This document shows, in pieces, positions 29,806 to 36,873 of a DNA stretch of 64,000 nt. How positions within the stretch are numbered: the first letter of the stretch is position 1; each line of letters starts with the position of its first letter. Location: positions 84-64,083 of the IMG/VR virus record IMGVR_UViG_3300035698_013326. One strand, 5' to 3'. The DNA comes from a virus (taxonomy: Duplodnaviria > Caudoviricetes). The position numbers and the translations under genes were made by a program. The notes under the pieces are model-generated. The model was not told where the DNA came from. It was given only the letters and a program-made list of their open reading frames with translations, and searched no databases.

Positions 29806-30795
29806 TTAGGTGGTCACCAGGATCTTGGCTTCGGGCTTCAGGATGTTGAAGGCCCTCTGCTTCAGCTTGGAGCCAGATCCGAAGATGGCCGAGTTCATGC
29901 GAGCTTCACCTTCACTGGTATTGCCACACTTGCGAATGGTGGCCTCATGGTCCACGTACTCGGTGACGGCGTTGAAAGCGGCCCAGCGGGTGTTGGCAAC
30001 AGCGGCCTGCCCTCGTCCGGTGTGGAAGAGTTCCAGGATTCGGTTTCGGTTGTTTTTGGTCTTCGTGGCGGCTTCGCCTTCCGAAGGTATCAGTTGCTCA
30101 GTGAAGGTCCGCATCTGATCATTGGAGAACTGCTCGTCCAGGAGGCGGTTGAATTCCTCTTCCATGACGCTGTAGTAGTGCTCAGTCACGTTCAAGACGT
30201 TGCGGGCCTGCTCTACCTTGGAGCGGTAGTTTTTGGTGTGCTTGATGTTCATTGAGGCATCAGCGCCACCTCGAAGAGCCATGCCGAGGGTGTTCATGCA
30301 GACAACACGGACGGGAGTCCAACGAACCTGGAGGCTCATGGAGCCATCATGCGAGCTGGAGAGGAGGATGTACTTCTCAATGACGTCGTCACCGATCTTG
30401 GCGCTGTCCGGGAACTTAACGGTCATGAAGATGACCTTGCCATTCCGAAGGGAGCCAGCAGTCTGGTAGACGGCCTGTCCATCACCAATCACGTCATCCA
30501 GGAAGTTGAAGCAATCACTGTTCTGGATGATGTGGTAATTGGTGCCGACGATTCCAAGGATGGACTTGTCGGATGTGCGGACGACTGCCTTGTGGGACGG
30601 AGCGCGTGTTCCGACAACCTTGATGTCGTCCACAGTCTGCTCACTGGCGAGGTACAGAGGCTGCTCTTCACAGGTCCAGTTCATTCCACCAGCGATGATG
30701 GCTTCTTTGGCTGTGAGTTCATTCTGAACAATGGTGCCCTGTCTGTGCCAAGGAACTTCTCTGACTGATACCATCGTTTCCACTTCACTTGCCAT
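29806..30795 (-). CDS. DUF932/DUF945 (TIGR03299-like) phage/plasmid protein
   Basis: VETM...REVPWH..G, Y.I.QN...F.F, TAGSL..GK, SHDG, TPVRVVC.NTL, T.WAA.NAVTEY.DH. Confidence 0.9.
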   Translation of the reverse strand: MASEVETMVSVREVPWHRQGTIVQNELTAKEAIIAGGMNWTCEEQPLYLASEQTVDDIKVVGTRAPSHKAVVRTSDKSILGIVGTNYHIIQNSDCFNFLDDVIGDGQAVYQTAGSLRNGKVIFMTVKFPDSAKIGDDVIEKYILLSSSHDGSMSLQVRWTPVRVVCMNTLGMALRGGADASMNIKHTKNYRSKVEQARNVLNVTEHYYSVMEEEFNRLLDEQFSNDQMRTFTEQLIPSEGEAATKTKNNRNRILELFHTGRGQAAVANTRWAAFNAVTEYVDHEATIRKCGNTSEGEARMNSAIFGSGSKLKQRAFNILKPEAKILVTT

Positions 30796-30842
30796 GATCT
30801 TGTCTCCTCAAACGATTTAGGTTGGTGTCTTTCACTACCTAA

Positions 30843-30872
30843 AGTATAATACATATAGGGGAGAATGAAAAT
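30843..30872 (-). promoter_or_regulatory. Early-type promoter TTTCAT-N16-TATACT
   Basis: Matches the recurring motif. Confidence 0.65.
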
Positions 30873-30882
30873 AGAATCTTTG

Positions 30883-31143
30883 TTATGTTGCAGAAAAAAT
30901 GTGAAACACGAGATATCCGTTCGCCATAAAGAAGGTGCCCAAGAATTTCCCCGGATCATCGGGCATTTGGCCTCCGGTGGGGTAGATGGGAATGAAACGA
31001 TTCACTAATGATCTACTTGGATCAACAAGAGCCCATAGTTGTGCTACTCCATGCTGTTCATGGACACTCAGGAGTTCAGCTCCATCAGGCATGGGGTAGA
31101 TACTTCTTAAAGGGTCTAAGTTGTATTTCCAAATCGTTTTCAT
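30883..31143 (-). CDS. Conserved-type phage hypothetical protein
   Basis: MKTIWKY.L...MP.GA..LSV..Q....LWA.VDP...YPTG...FLGT...VFHIF pattern. Confidence 0.75.
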   Translation of the reverse strand: MKTIWKYNLDPLRSIYPMPDGAELLSVHEQHGVAQLWALVDPSRSLVNRFIPIYPTGGQMPDDPGKFLGTFFMANGYLVFHIFSAT

Positions 31144-31260
31144 GGCATCTCCTAACAAAGTGCAATGCAGGTTCCAATGAAGCAGAATACGAATTTCGCA
31201 TTCCAGAAATCATTCAGACTGTAGATCAGGTCTTTCATTATGCGCCACCTTTCTATATAA

Positions 31261-31292
31261 GGTATAGCCTGTATCCAAGAGAATGCAAATGA
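31261..31292 (-). promoter_or_regulatory. Early-type promoter TTGCAT-N16-TATACC
   Basis: Matches the recurring motif. Confidence 0.6.
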
Positions 31293-31294
31293 AA

Positions 31295-31804
31295 TCAGAG
31301 AATTAAGGCAGCTTTCTTATGGATTCTGTCCAGATACTTTTTTTGTTGATGCCAAGTGATTCCCAGTTCTCGTTGTACAGCGACCTGCACTACTCTACCG
31401 GATGTGACTATAGATGCGGCGACTCTCACATATTCCAATTCTTCATCTGTTAAGGCGTTCAGGAATTCTTGAACTATTGCAAATTTCAGAGGAGAGTTCT
31501 TGATTTGGAGTTTGCAATTTTCATCGTAGTAGTATGCTGTATTGTCGTTTCTTACCTGCCACGATCTCTTAACAATACGCGCCATAGTATGTAGTATATG
31601 TCTGAAGATGTAGGTTTTGACGGATGCTTGTGGGCTCTTTTCATGGTCCCGAATAGCTCTCATACTGGCTATTCGGGCCTCTTGAATCAAGTCATCTAGA
31701 CCTATGTAGTTAGGGCGTCTCAGTTTCCGCATTGCTACATTCGCCATCCGAAGAATCATGCTGGAGTTTGCATCAATGGTGTCTTGGATTTCAGCGTTGG
31801 TCAT
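31295..31804 (-). CDS. Sigma-70-like factor (regions 2 and 4)
   Basis: DDLIQEA.IA..RAI..., KTY; C-terminal LTDEE...V.RELGI HTH. Confidence 0.7.
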   Translation of the reverse strand: MTNAEIQDTIDANSSMILRMANVAMRKLRRPNYIGLDDLIQEARIASMRAIRDHEKSPQASVKTYIFRHILHTMARIVKRSWQVRNDNTAYYYDENCKLQIKNSPLKFAIVQEFLNALTDEELEYVRVAASIVTSGRVVQVAVQRELGITWHQQKKYLDRIHKKAALIL

Positions 31805-32709
31805 CAGTCTTCCTTGTTCAGAAATTCTACTACCTCATCCCATCGACTGGCAACTTTTCGCAGCGTGGTCACATGTTCACGTTGTCGGCACTTGGCGTCA
31901 TATAGTCGAACTGGATTTGTTAGCTGCTCCACATGAGTCTCTATGAGATCATCCAGGACGGAGGGCTCCAGAGCATCCAGCTCCCAAGATTGATCTCCGT
32001 ACATCTGGATGTAGCTTCCAGATCGGCTGTCAGTCAGCTTGGCAGGATTGGGTGGTGGATTATACATTTCCACCTGATCCATGTTGAGTGCGATTCGATG
32101 GACGTTGATAGGAACGTGGAACATCTGTAGTCGTTCCCGAATATCACGTGTCATGTCGATTCCACTGGGATCGTGGTCTCCAAGGTGGATAAGGTACGGT
32201 TCTTGTCCCTGTTGCATGGCGTTGAGGAATCGCATGGAGGCCTTCCACATGGCACTGAGGCTCACGTAGCCACGGCAGGAGAAGTGGGGGACATCTAGGC
32301 GCTTGCCAGCACCACCCACGATTCCGGCAAGGGCTTCCTTTTCCACCCCAACTTCGATATAGTTGGGCTGATCGGCACGAGTGTCAATTCGGAAGCATTC
32401 AGCGTCACATTTGATGATCTCTTTCGGATTTTCCCAGTGGGAGTTTTGTTTGATCTGACGTGTCCGGTCCACAATAGCATCCCAAGGAAGTCTTCCGGCA
32501 AGGCGGGCATCACTGATAATGGTCCCAAGGCGCTTGTACTCAGACTGTTGGTTTGCAATGATGTCACGAGCCACGAATTGGTAGTACAACTGACGAAGGG
32601 TCAGGTCGTATCCCTGATCGTGGTATTCCTCAATGATCTCATTGGCCGTCTGGATCAGAGCCAGAGAGGCGATAGAGAATCTATGGGATTTGTACTCATA
32701 GTAGTGCAT
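31804..32709 (-). CDS. Spo11/Top6A-like wHTH + TOPRIM protein (DUF2399-like)
   Basis: LTLRQLYYQ, AR..G.LPW..I.D, VEKEAL, RGY.S, GDHDPSG..M, WELDAL. Confidence 0.8.
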   Translation of the reverse strand: MHYYEYKSHRFSIASLALIQTANEIIEEYHDQGYDLTLRQLYYQFVARDIIANQQSEYKRLGTIISDARLAGRLPWDAIVDRTRQIKQNSHWENPKEIIKCDAECFRIDTRADQPNYIEVGVEKEALAGIVGGAGKRLDVPHFSCRGYVSLSAMWKASMRFLNAMQQGQEPYLIHLGDHDPSGIDMTRDIRERLQMFHVPINVHRIALNMDQVEMYNPPPNPAKLTDSRSGSYIQMYGDQSWELDALEPSVLDDLIETHVEQLTNPVRLYDAKCRQREHVTTLRKVASRWDEVVEFLNKED

Positions 32710-33202
32710 CAGTTTCCTCCGGAGGGTCTACCCATCGGAAAAATCCAATGCTGTAGCAGACCGTTTCTGTTGTATTGGTTAGCTTGCCATGATCTGTGTA
32801 TTGATAATGGTGATGATTGAATGCATTACTGATTTGAGCTTTCCATCCATCCACCTCAAAGGGTCGCACGGCCTTCTTCACAATGTCAAGACTCTCATTT
32901 TCATCTTTGTTGAGATATAATTTGAGAGGTTTTTTGATTGGGACGGTGAGATTTTTGTACTCATATAGCATGCCCACCAGATCTATGTTTCTACCCAATC
33001 GTCCCTCAGCAGGGGTGTGGGAATGGGAGAAGACGGCACGTGTAAAATCATGGTGAGTGAGTTTTAGCTTAGCTATCAAGCACCCAGAGTCTTTGTCACC
33101 GATTTCAATTTGTACGTAGTCTTCTTCCATATTGGATTGGACTTCTGAGATGGATAGTTGTGCTTTGAATCGCATCTCAGTGTTTTTCTTAGTCTTCCTC
33201 AT
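32696..33202 (-). CDS. Hypothetical protein
   Basis: 168 aa ORF with AAAGG RBS, overlapping the next gene. Confidence 0.65.
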   Translation of the reverse strand: MRKTKKNTEMRFKAQLSISEVQSNMEEDYVQIEIGDKDSGCLIAKLKLTHHDFTRAVFSHSHTPAEGRLGRNIDLVGMLYEYKNLTVPIKKPLKLYLNKDENESLDIVKKAVRPFEVDGWKAQISNAFNHHHYQYTDHGKLTNTTETVCYSIGFFRWVDPPEETDALL

Positions 33203-33365
33203 AGTGACGCCTTTCTCGTTTCACACGAGGCTTTTCGGGTGTGAAGGCAGCAGGACACTGTGATTCGTTCCTACGTTTCCGGTTTAGATTCATCTCACGA
33301 CATTCCCCATCGCAGGGCTTGTTATTGCATGCACACATTAGCTTATCCATGATACACTCCTACAT

Positions 33366-33411
33366 AAAAATGAAAAGAAGGGAGCCAGAGCGGAAATCTC
33401 CGGTAGCTCCC
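33366..33411 (-). terminator. Intrinsic terminator
   Basis: GGGAGC...GCTCCC hairpin followed by TTCTTTTCATTTTT on the minus strand. Confidence 0.7.
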
Positions 33412-33506
33412 ACTTACGCCGGTTTCGTCTCAGCGTTGATGCATAAGCGGCTCCTTTCAATAGATTCGGTTTGGCACTAACACCAATACCAACTTCGTAC
33501 ATCCAA

Positions 33507-33584
33507 AGTATACAGCGGATTTGGAGAAAACAAAATGAGAATTTTTCCATTTTCATTTTTATCTGAACAAATGTGGTGTATACT
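33507..33584. promoter_or_regulatory. Divergent promoter pair (TATACT at 33507-33512 minus; 33579-33584 plus)
   Basis: AT-rich strand-switch region; both -10 boxes have an upstream TG and a CATTT element. Confidence 0.6.
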
Positions 33585-33612
33585 CTGTAATAGAAGGACA
33601 ATGGAACTTTAA

Positions 33613-33813
33613 TTGGTTGGTTTGGAGGAGTGGATGCAAGGATTAGAGATCATCAATGATTTTACAACTTTGTTGCATCAATATGGTCCGGAATCCGAAA
33701 AGGTGGAGTCGTTTTTGAAGCAATACGACCATATTCCGTCATTTGTTGCACGAGCACGAACGTTGCGAAGTGTTTTTCTAGAAAAAGAGCGTGTGACAAG
33801 GGCACACAGTTGA
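33613..33813 (+). CDS. Small hypothetical protein (start uncertain)
   Basis: ORF between promoter and tRNA array; GGAGG before ATG 33634. Confidence 0.5.
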   Translation: MVGLEEWMQGLEIINDFTTLLHQYGPESEKVESFLKQYDHIPSFVARARTLRSVFLEKERVTRAHS

Positions 33814-33818
33814 TAATG

Positions 33819-33892
33819 GGGGGTGTAGCTCAGCTGGCTAGAGCACCGGATTCTTAATCCGTAGGTCGAAGGTTCGAATCCTTCTACCCCTA
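33819..33892 (+). tRNA. tRNA-Lys(CTT)
   Basis: Cloverleaf; loop TTCTTAA; GTTCGAATC T-arm. Confidence 0.9.
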
Positions 33893-34034
33893 CTAGAGTT
33901 AGCCTTCTCTAACGCGGAAAAAGGCAGGCACAGGATGATTCCCGTCTTGGTTTGATTGCCGCCCAATGGTGTGGAGCGCCGTTTCTTGTCAAACAGAAAT
34001 GGAATAGGTTTCTACTTTGGGAAGGGAATAATAT

Positions 34035-34107
34035 GGCCCTGTCGTCTAGTGGTTTAGGATGCTGGATTCTCGATCCAGTTACGCCAGTTCGAATCTGGCC
34101 AGGGCTA
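34035..34107 (+). tRNA. tRNA-Glu(CTC)
   Basis: CTGGA-TTCTCGA-TCCAG anticodon arm. Confidence 0.9.
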
Positions 34108-34215
34108 TTTGGTAGCAGGTGAGATCCCGCCTGTGTCTGATTACGGCTTTGGAGTTGTCCGCAACCCCCTGTCAGACGGGGACGATTCGTTGACACTCTG
34201 AGGAAGGGATCTTGG

Positions 34216-34296
34216 GGCCTTGTGGTGGAATGGCAGACACGCGAGTTTCAAACACTCGTGCCTTCGGGCGTGAAGGTTCAAGTCCTTCCGAGGCTA
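34216..34296 (+). tRNA. tRNA-Leu(CAA)
   Basis: CGAGT-TTCAAAC-ACTCG; long variable arm. Confidence 0.88.
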
Positions 34297-34445
34297 TTAA
34301 GGCCGGTTCGATTCCGGCTCGTTGGTAGAGGTCAGGAGAGACGGGAGTTGGGTTCGATTCCCAATGATTGTCTTGTCGGAAGATAACGCCGACAAGTAAC
34401 TCTGGCGAGACAAAGACCCGCAGGCGTCAGCGTTAGGCGTGCGGA

Positions 34446-34517
34446 GCCCCGGTGGTCTAGTGGATATGATCTTGGACTTTCGATCCGAGGACATCAGTTC
34501 GATTCTGATTCGGGGTA
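34446..34517 (+). tRNA. tRNA-Glu(TTC)
   Basis: TTGGA-CTTTCGA-TCCGA. Confidence 0.88.
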
Positions 34518-34524
34518 TTGAAGA

Positions 34525-34598
34525 CGCACTGTGGCTCAAAGGGTTAGAGCATCGGATTGTCGATCCGAAGGTTGGGAGTTCGAGCCTCCCCAGTGTGA
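34525..34598 (+). tRNA. tRNA-Asp(GTC)
   Basis: TCGGA-TTGTCGA-TCCGA. Confidence 0.9.
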
Positions 34599-34601
34599 TT
34601 A

Positions 34602-34674
34602 CACCGACTAACTCAATTGGTAGAGTACCTGTCCTACACACAGGTTGTTCTTGGTTCAAGTCCAAGGTTGGTGA
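34602..34674 (+). tRNA. tRNA-Val(TAC), C33 variant
   Basis: CCTGT-CCTACAC-ACAGG. Confidence 0.85.
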
Positions 34675-34695
34675 TTTGGTCAAATGACCATTATT

Positions 34696-34767
34696 AGGAC
34701 TATGGTGAAATGGATATCATACCTGCCTACGGAGTGGGAGTTGAGGGTTCGAGTCCTTCTGGTTCTA
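34696..34767 (+). tRNA. tRNA-Arg(ACG)
   Basis: CCTGC-CTACGGA-GTGGG. Confidence 0.85.
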
Positions 34768-34769
34768 TT

Positions 34770-34830
34770 GGCTTACGTGAACTTGGTAGCGGGCAGACAT
34801 TCCTCGCTGGTTCGATTCCAGCCGTAAGCC
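34770..34830 (+). ncRNA. Miniature tRNA-like RNA lacking a normal anticodon arm
   Basis: GGCTTACG/CGTAAGCC stem enclosing a D-like loop and a perfect T-arm GCTGG-TTCGATT-CCAGC. Confidence 0.6.
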
Positions 34831-34834
34831 TTAC

Positions 34835-34907
34835 GGGCGTGTAGCTCAATTGGGAGAGCGCCTGCCTTGCACGCAGGAGGTTGTGGGTTCAATTCCCATC
34901 GTGTCCA
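34835..34907 (+). tRNA. tRNA-Ala(TGC)
   Basis: CCTGC-CTTGCAC-GCAGG; G3:U70. Confidence 0.92.
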
Positions 34908-34908
34908 T

Positions 34909-34936
34909 TTGCATCTTTGGAAATTTGGTGTATACT
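34909..34936 (+). promoter_or_regulatory. Promoter TTGCAT-N16-TATACT inside the tRNA array
   Basis: Matches the recurring motif; extended -10 TG. Confidence 0.7.
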
Positions 34937-34944
34937 ATGAGTAA

Positions 34945-35016
34945 GGACGGATAGCTCAGTAGGCAGAGCGCTGGTGTGAAGTACCAGTAGCCTTGGTTCG
35001 ATCCCAAGTTCGTCCA
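34945..35016 (+). tRNA. tRNA-Phe(GAA)
   Basis: CTGGT-GTGAAGT-ACCAG. Confidence 0.85.
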
Positions 35017-35024
35017 TTTGCCCG

Positions 35025-35100
35025 GCTCCAGATAGCATCGTGGTGATGCACTTCGGATGGCGTCCGAAGAGAGACCGTTCAATTCGGACTGGGGGTGCCA
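35025..35100 (+). tRNA. Atypical tRNA, Ala(GGC)-like anticodon, encoded CCA
   Basis: TTCGG-ATGGCGT-CCGAA arm; irregular acceptor and T stems. Confidence 0.55.
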
Positions 35101-35112
35101 CCGGGCATACTT

Positions 35113-35185
35113 GGCCCTGTAGCCCAACGGCAGAGGCAACTGGTTTAGAACCAGTACAGTGAAGGTTCAAATCCTTCTGGGGTCA
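35113..35185 (+). tRNA. tRNA-Leu(TAG), short variable loop
   Basis: ACTGG-TTTAGAA-CCAGT; variable region ACAGT. Confidence 0.85.
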
Positions 35186-35319
35186 TTGTTTCTGGGGACC
35201 GTTACAAATGGTGAAGTTGTAAATCCATGAAGACTGACGAGTCTACGGTTGCTGAAAGGTATCAATCGCTATAGAGTGGGCTGCATGATAGATGCGGCAA
35301 AGCTATCTCAGAAACTTAG

Positions 35320-35405
35320 GTCAGCGTAGATCGTTAAGGAGGCGGCACGGGCTGTAAACCCGTTCCCCGAAAGGGGCCGAGTGGGATCGTTACCCTCAGC
35401 TGGCA
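35320..35405 (+). tRNA. tRNA-Tyr(GTA), non-canonical T-loop
   Basis: ACGGG-CTGTAAA-CCCGT; long variable arm; T-loop ATCGTTA. Confidence 0.8.
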
Positions 35406-35796
35406 TTGGAGGCATACTATGAGGAAATTATGGATGGTTGGGCGACGTGGTTTTGGATTGAAACACGTCAGAAAACGAAAGAAGAAGCTATTCGGGAGTT
35501 TTGGATTGAGGCAAGGTATTGGGCCTTTTCATGTGAACCTGAGGTATGTGAGCATGTGGTGATGTTTAGAGGATGCCGTATGGCCCTTGAGCAGGCTGTG
35601 AAGGGTCAGGAGGTGTATCCTGATGAGAGGATTGCAGAATTATGAAGATTATGAAGCTTGGAAGATTAAAGATCAGCTTTGAGAGATTCTACTCAAGATT
35701 TCAGTATGTGGCATTGAGTATTGGGTACGACACTCGCACCAGATCGCTGCAATTTCAGCTCATCAATTGGGCTTTGGTAATTAAATATGAGGAAAA

Positions 35797-35869
35797 GCAC
35801 CGGTAGCCCAAAGGCAGAGGCATCCGGTTTAAGCCCGGTACAGTGGTGGTTCGAATCCACTTCGGTGTA
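35797..35869 (+). tRNA. tRNA-Leu(TAA), short variable loop
   Basis: CCGG-TTTAAGC-CCGG; variable region ACAGT. Confidence 0.8.
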
Positions 35870-35983
35870 TTGTGTATTGTGGATCGGCGTGAAAATCGCC
35901 AGCATCCCCCAGTGGCCCATTAGAATTGCGGGGACGACCAAAATTAACGGTTGTGTAGAATAAGGTCACGTGATCCACATCGT

Positions 35984-36055
35984 GATGAAGTGGCCGAGAG
36001 GCTAGGCGGCAGATTGCAACTCTGTCCTACGTGGGTTCGAATCCCTCCTTCATCT
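35984..36055 (+). tRNA. tRNA-Cys(GCA)
   Basis: GCAGA-TTGCAAC-TCTGT; U73. Confidence 0.9.
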
Positions 36056-36062
36056 TTGTTAT

Positions 36063-36135
36063 TCCATGGTAGCTCAGTTGGTAGAGCGCCTGACTGTTAA
36101 TCAGGATGTCGGAGGTTCGAGCCCTCCCTGTGGAG
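36063..36135 (+). tRNA. tRNA-Asn(GTT)
   Basis: CCTGA-CTGTTAA-TCAGG. Confidence 0.93.
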
Positions 36136-36137
36136 CT

Positions 36138-36211
36138 GTGGCTGTGGCTCAAATGGATAGAGCAGCTGGCTGTGATCCAGCGGACTACGGGTTCAAGTCC
36201 CGTCAGTCACC
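36138..36211 (+). tRNA. tRNA-His(GTG)
   Basis: GCTGG-CTGTGAT-CCAGC; C73; -1 base is T, not G. Confidence 0.9.
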
Positions 36212-36213
36212 TT

Positions 36214-36301
36214 GGTTCTACTGTCTGGTGAATGCAATGTGTCACATTGTAGGAGGTTCGATTCCTCATGGAGAAATCAGGTTCGAGTCCTGAGTAGAGC
36301 C
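36214..36301 (+). ncRNA. tRNA-like RNA with two T-arms and no anticodon loop
   Basis: GGTTCTAC/GTAGAGCC closing stem; GAGG-TTCGATT-CCTC and TCAGG-TTCGAGT-CCTGA. Confidence 0.55.
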
Positions 36302-36370
36302 TTATGAGATGCCTTTAGATTGCTGGCAATGTGCTGGCATCAAATACATCATTTGGTAGGGAGAATTGGT

Positions 36371-36604
36371 ATGAGAAATAGATTGGTGGCATTTGTGGTG
36401 ATGTTGATGCTTTGTGGATCGGCCTTGGCAGGTGTCAAGATCGATGATGCGAAGTATGGAACATGGTTTGATGTGGGGACGGTTGATGGAACGATCATGG
36501 TCTTCGATGAGGACAAGATCCTCAATGAGAGAACTTTTCATCTCGTTACAGATGGTATTGTGACTCGTCAGGAATCTGTGAAGATAGCTGGTTCGTATCT
36601 ATAA
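36371..36604 (+). CDS. Small secreted protein
   Basis: MRNRLVAFVVMLMLCGSALA signal peptide; GGGAG RBS. Confidence 0.7.
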   Translation: MRNRLVAFVVMLMLCGSALAGVKIDDAKYGTWFDVGTVDGTIMVFDEDKILNERTFHLVTDGIVTRQESVKIAGSYL

Positions 36605-36701
36605 CTTTCGGGGATTGTTATGAGCATCCAACGTATGGATGTATCGCTGATTGGTCAACATCTGGATCGTACTGGACACAGGCTTGTAAGTGAAGTTACT
36701 A

Positions 36702-36736
36702 AGAGAAGGGGCGGCATTGTCGCCCTCTCTGTTTTT
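36702..36736 (+). terminator. Intrinsic terminator
   Basis: AGAGA.GGGCGGCA/TGTCGCCCTCTCT hairpin plus GTTTTT. Confidence 0.75.
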
Positions 36737-36873
36737 GTTGATGGATATGAGAAAACCAAAGAAGAAACCTAGATTGCCGAGATTCAAGGTGCCTCCACCT
36801 ACTTCAGTCCATGAGGACAGGAAGAAGGAAAGGAACAAGAGGCGTTGTCGGCTTCCCATTGAGGATGAATGAC

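Noticed and set aside
34770-34830. HDV-like/theta ribozyme (contains TCCTCGC after a tRNA)
   Set aside because: No GG P1.1, P4 or P2 3' strand after the closing stem; the segment forms a T-arm instead
35232-35262. Hammerhead core (CTGACGA...GAAA)
   Set aside because: No stem II between the motifs; CTGACGA sits within its own hairpin
33909-36293. ORFs of 75-128 aa across the tRNA array
   Set aside because: Overlap tRNA genes and lack RBSs; only 35406-35645 or the RBS-led 47-codon ORF at 35419-35562 may be real, and I cannot decide between them
33819-36700. tmRNA or Y RNA assignment for the tRNA-like elements
   Set aside because: No tag reading frame or Ala G3:U70 end, arm order does not fit YrlA, and no Ro60 gene in the window
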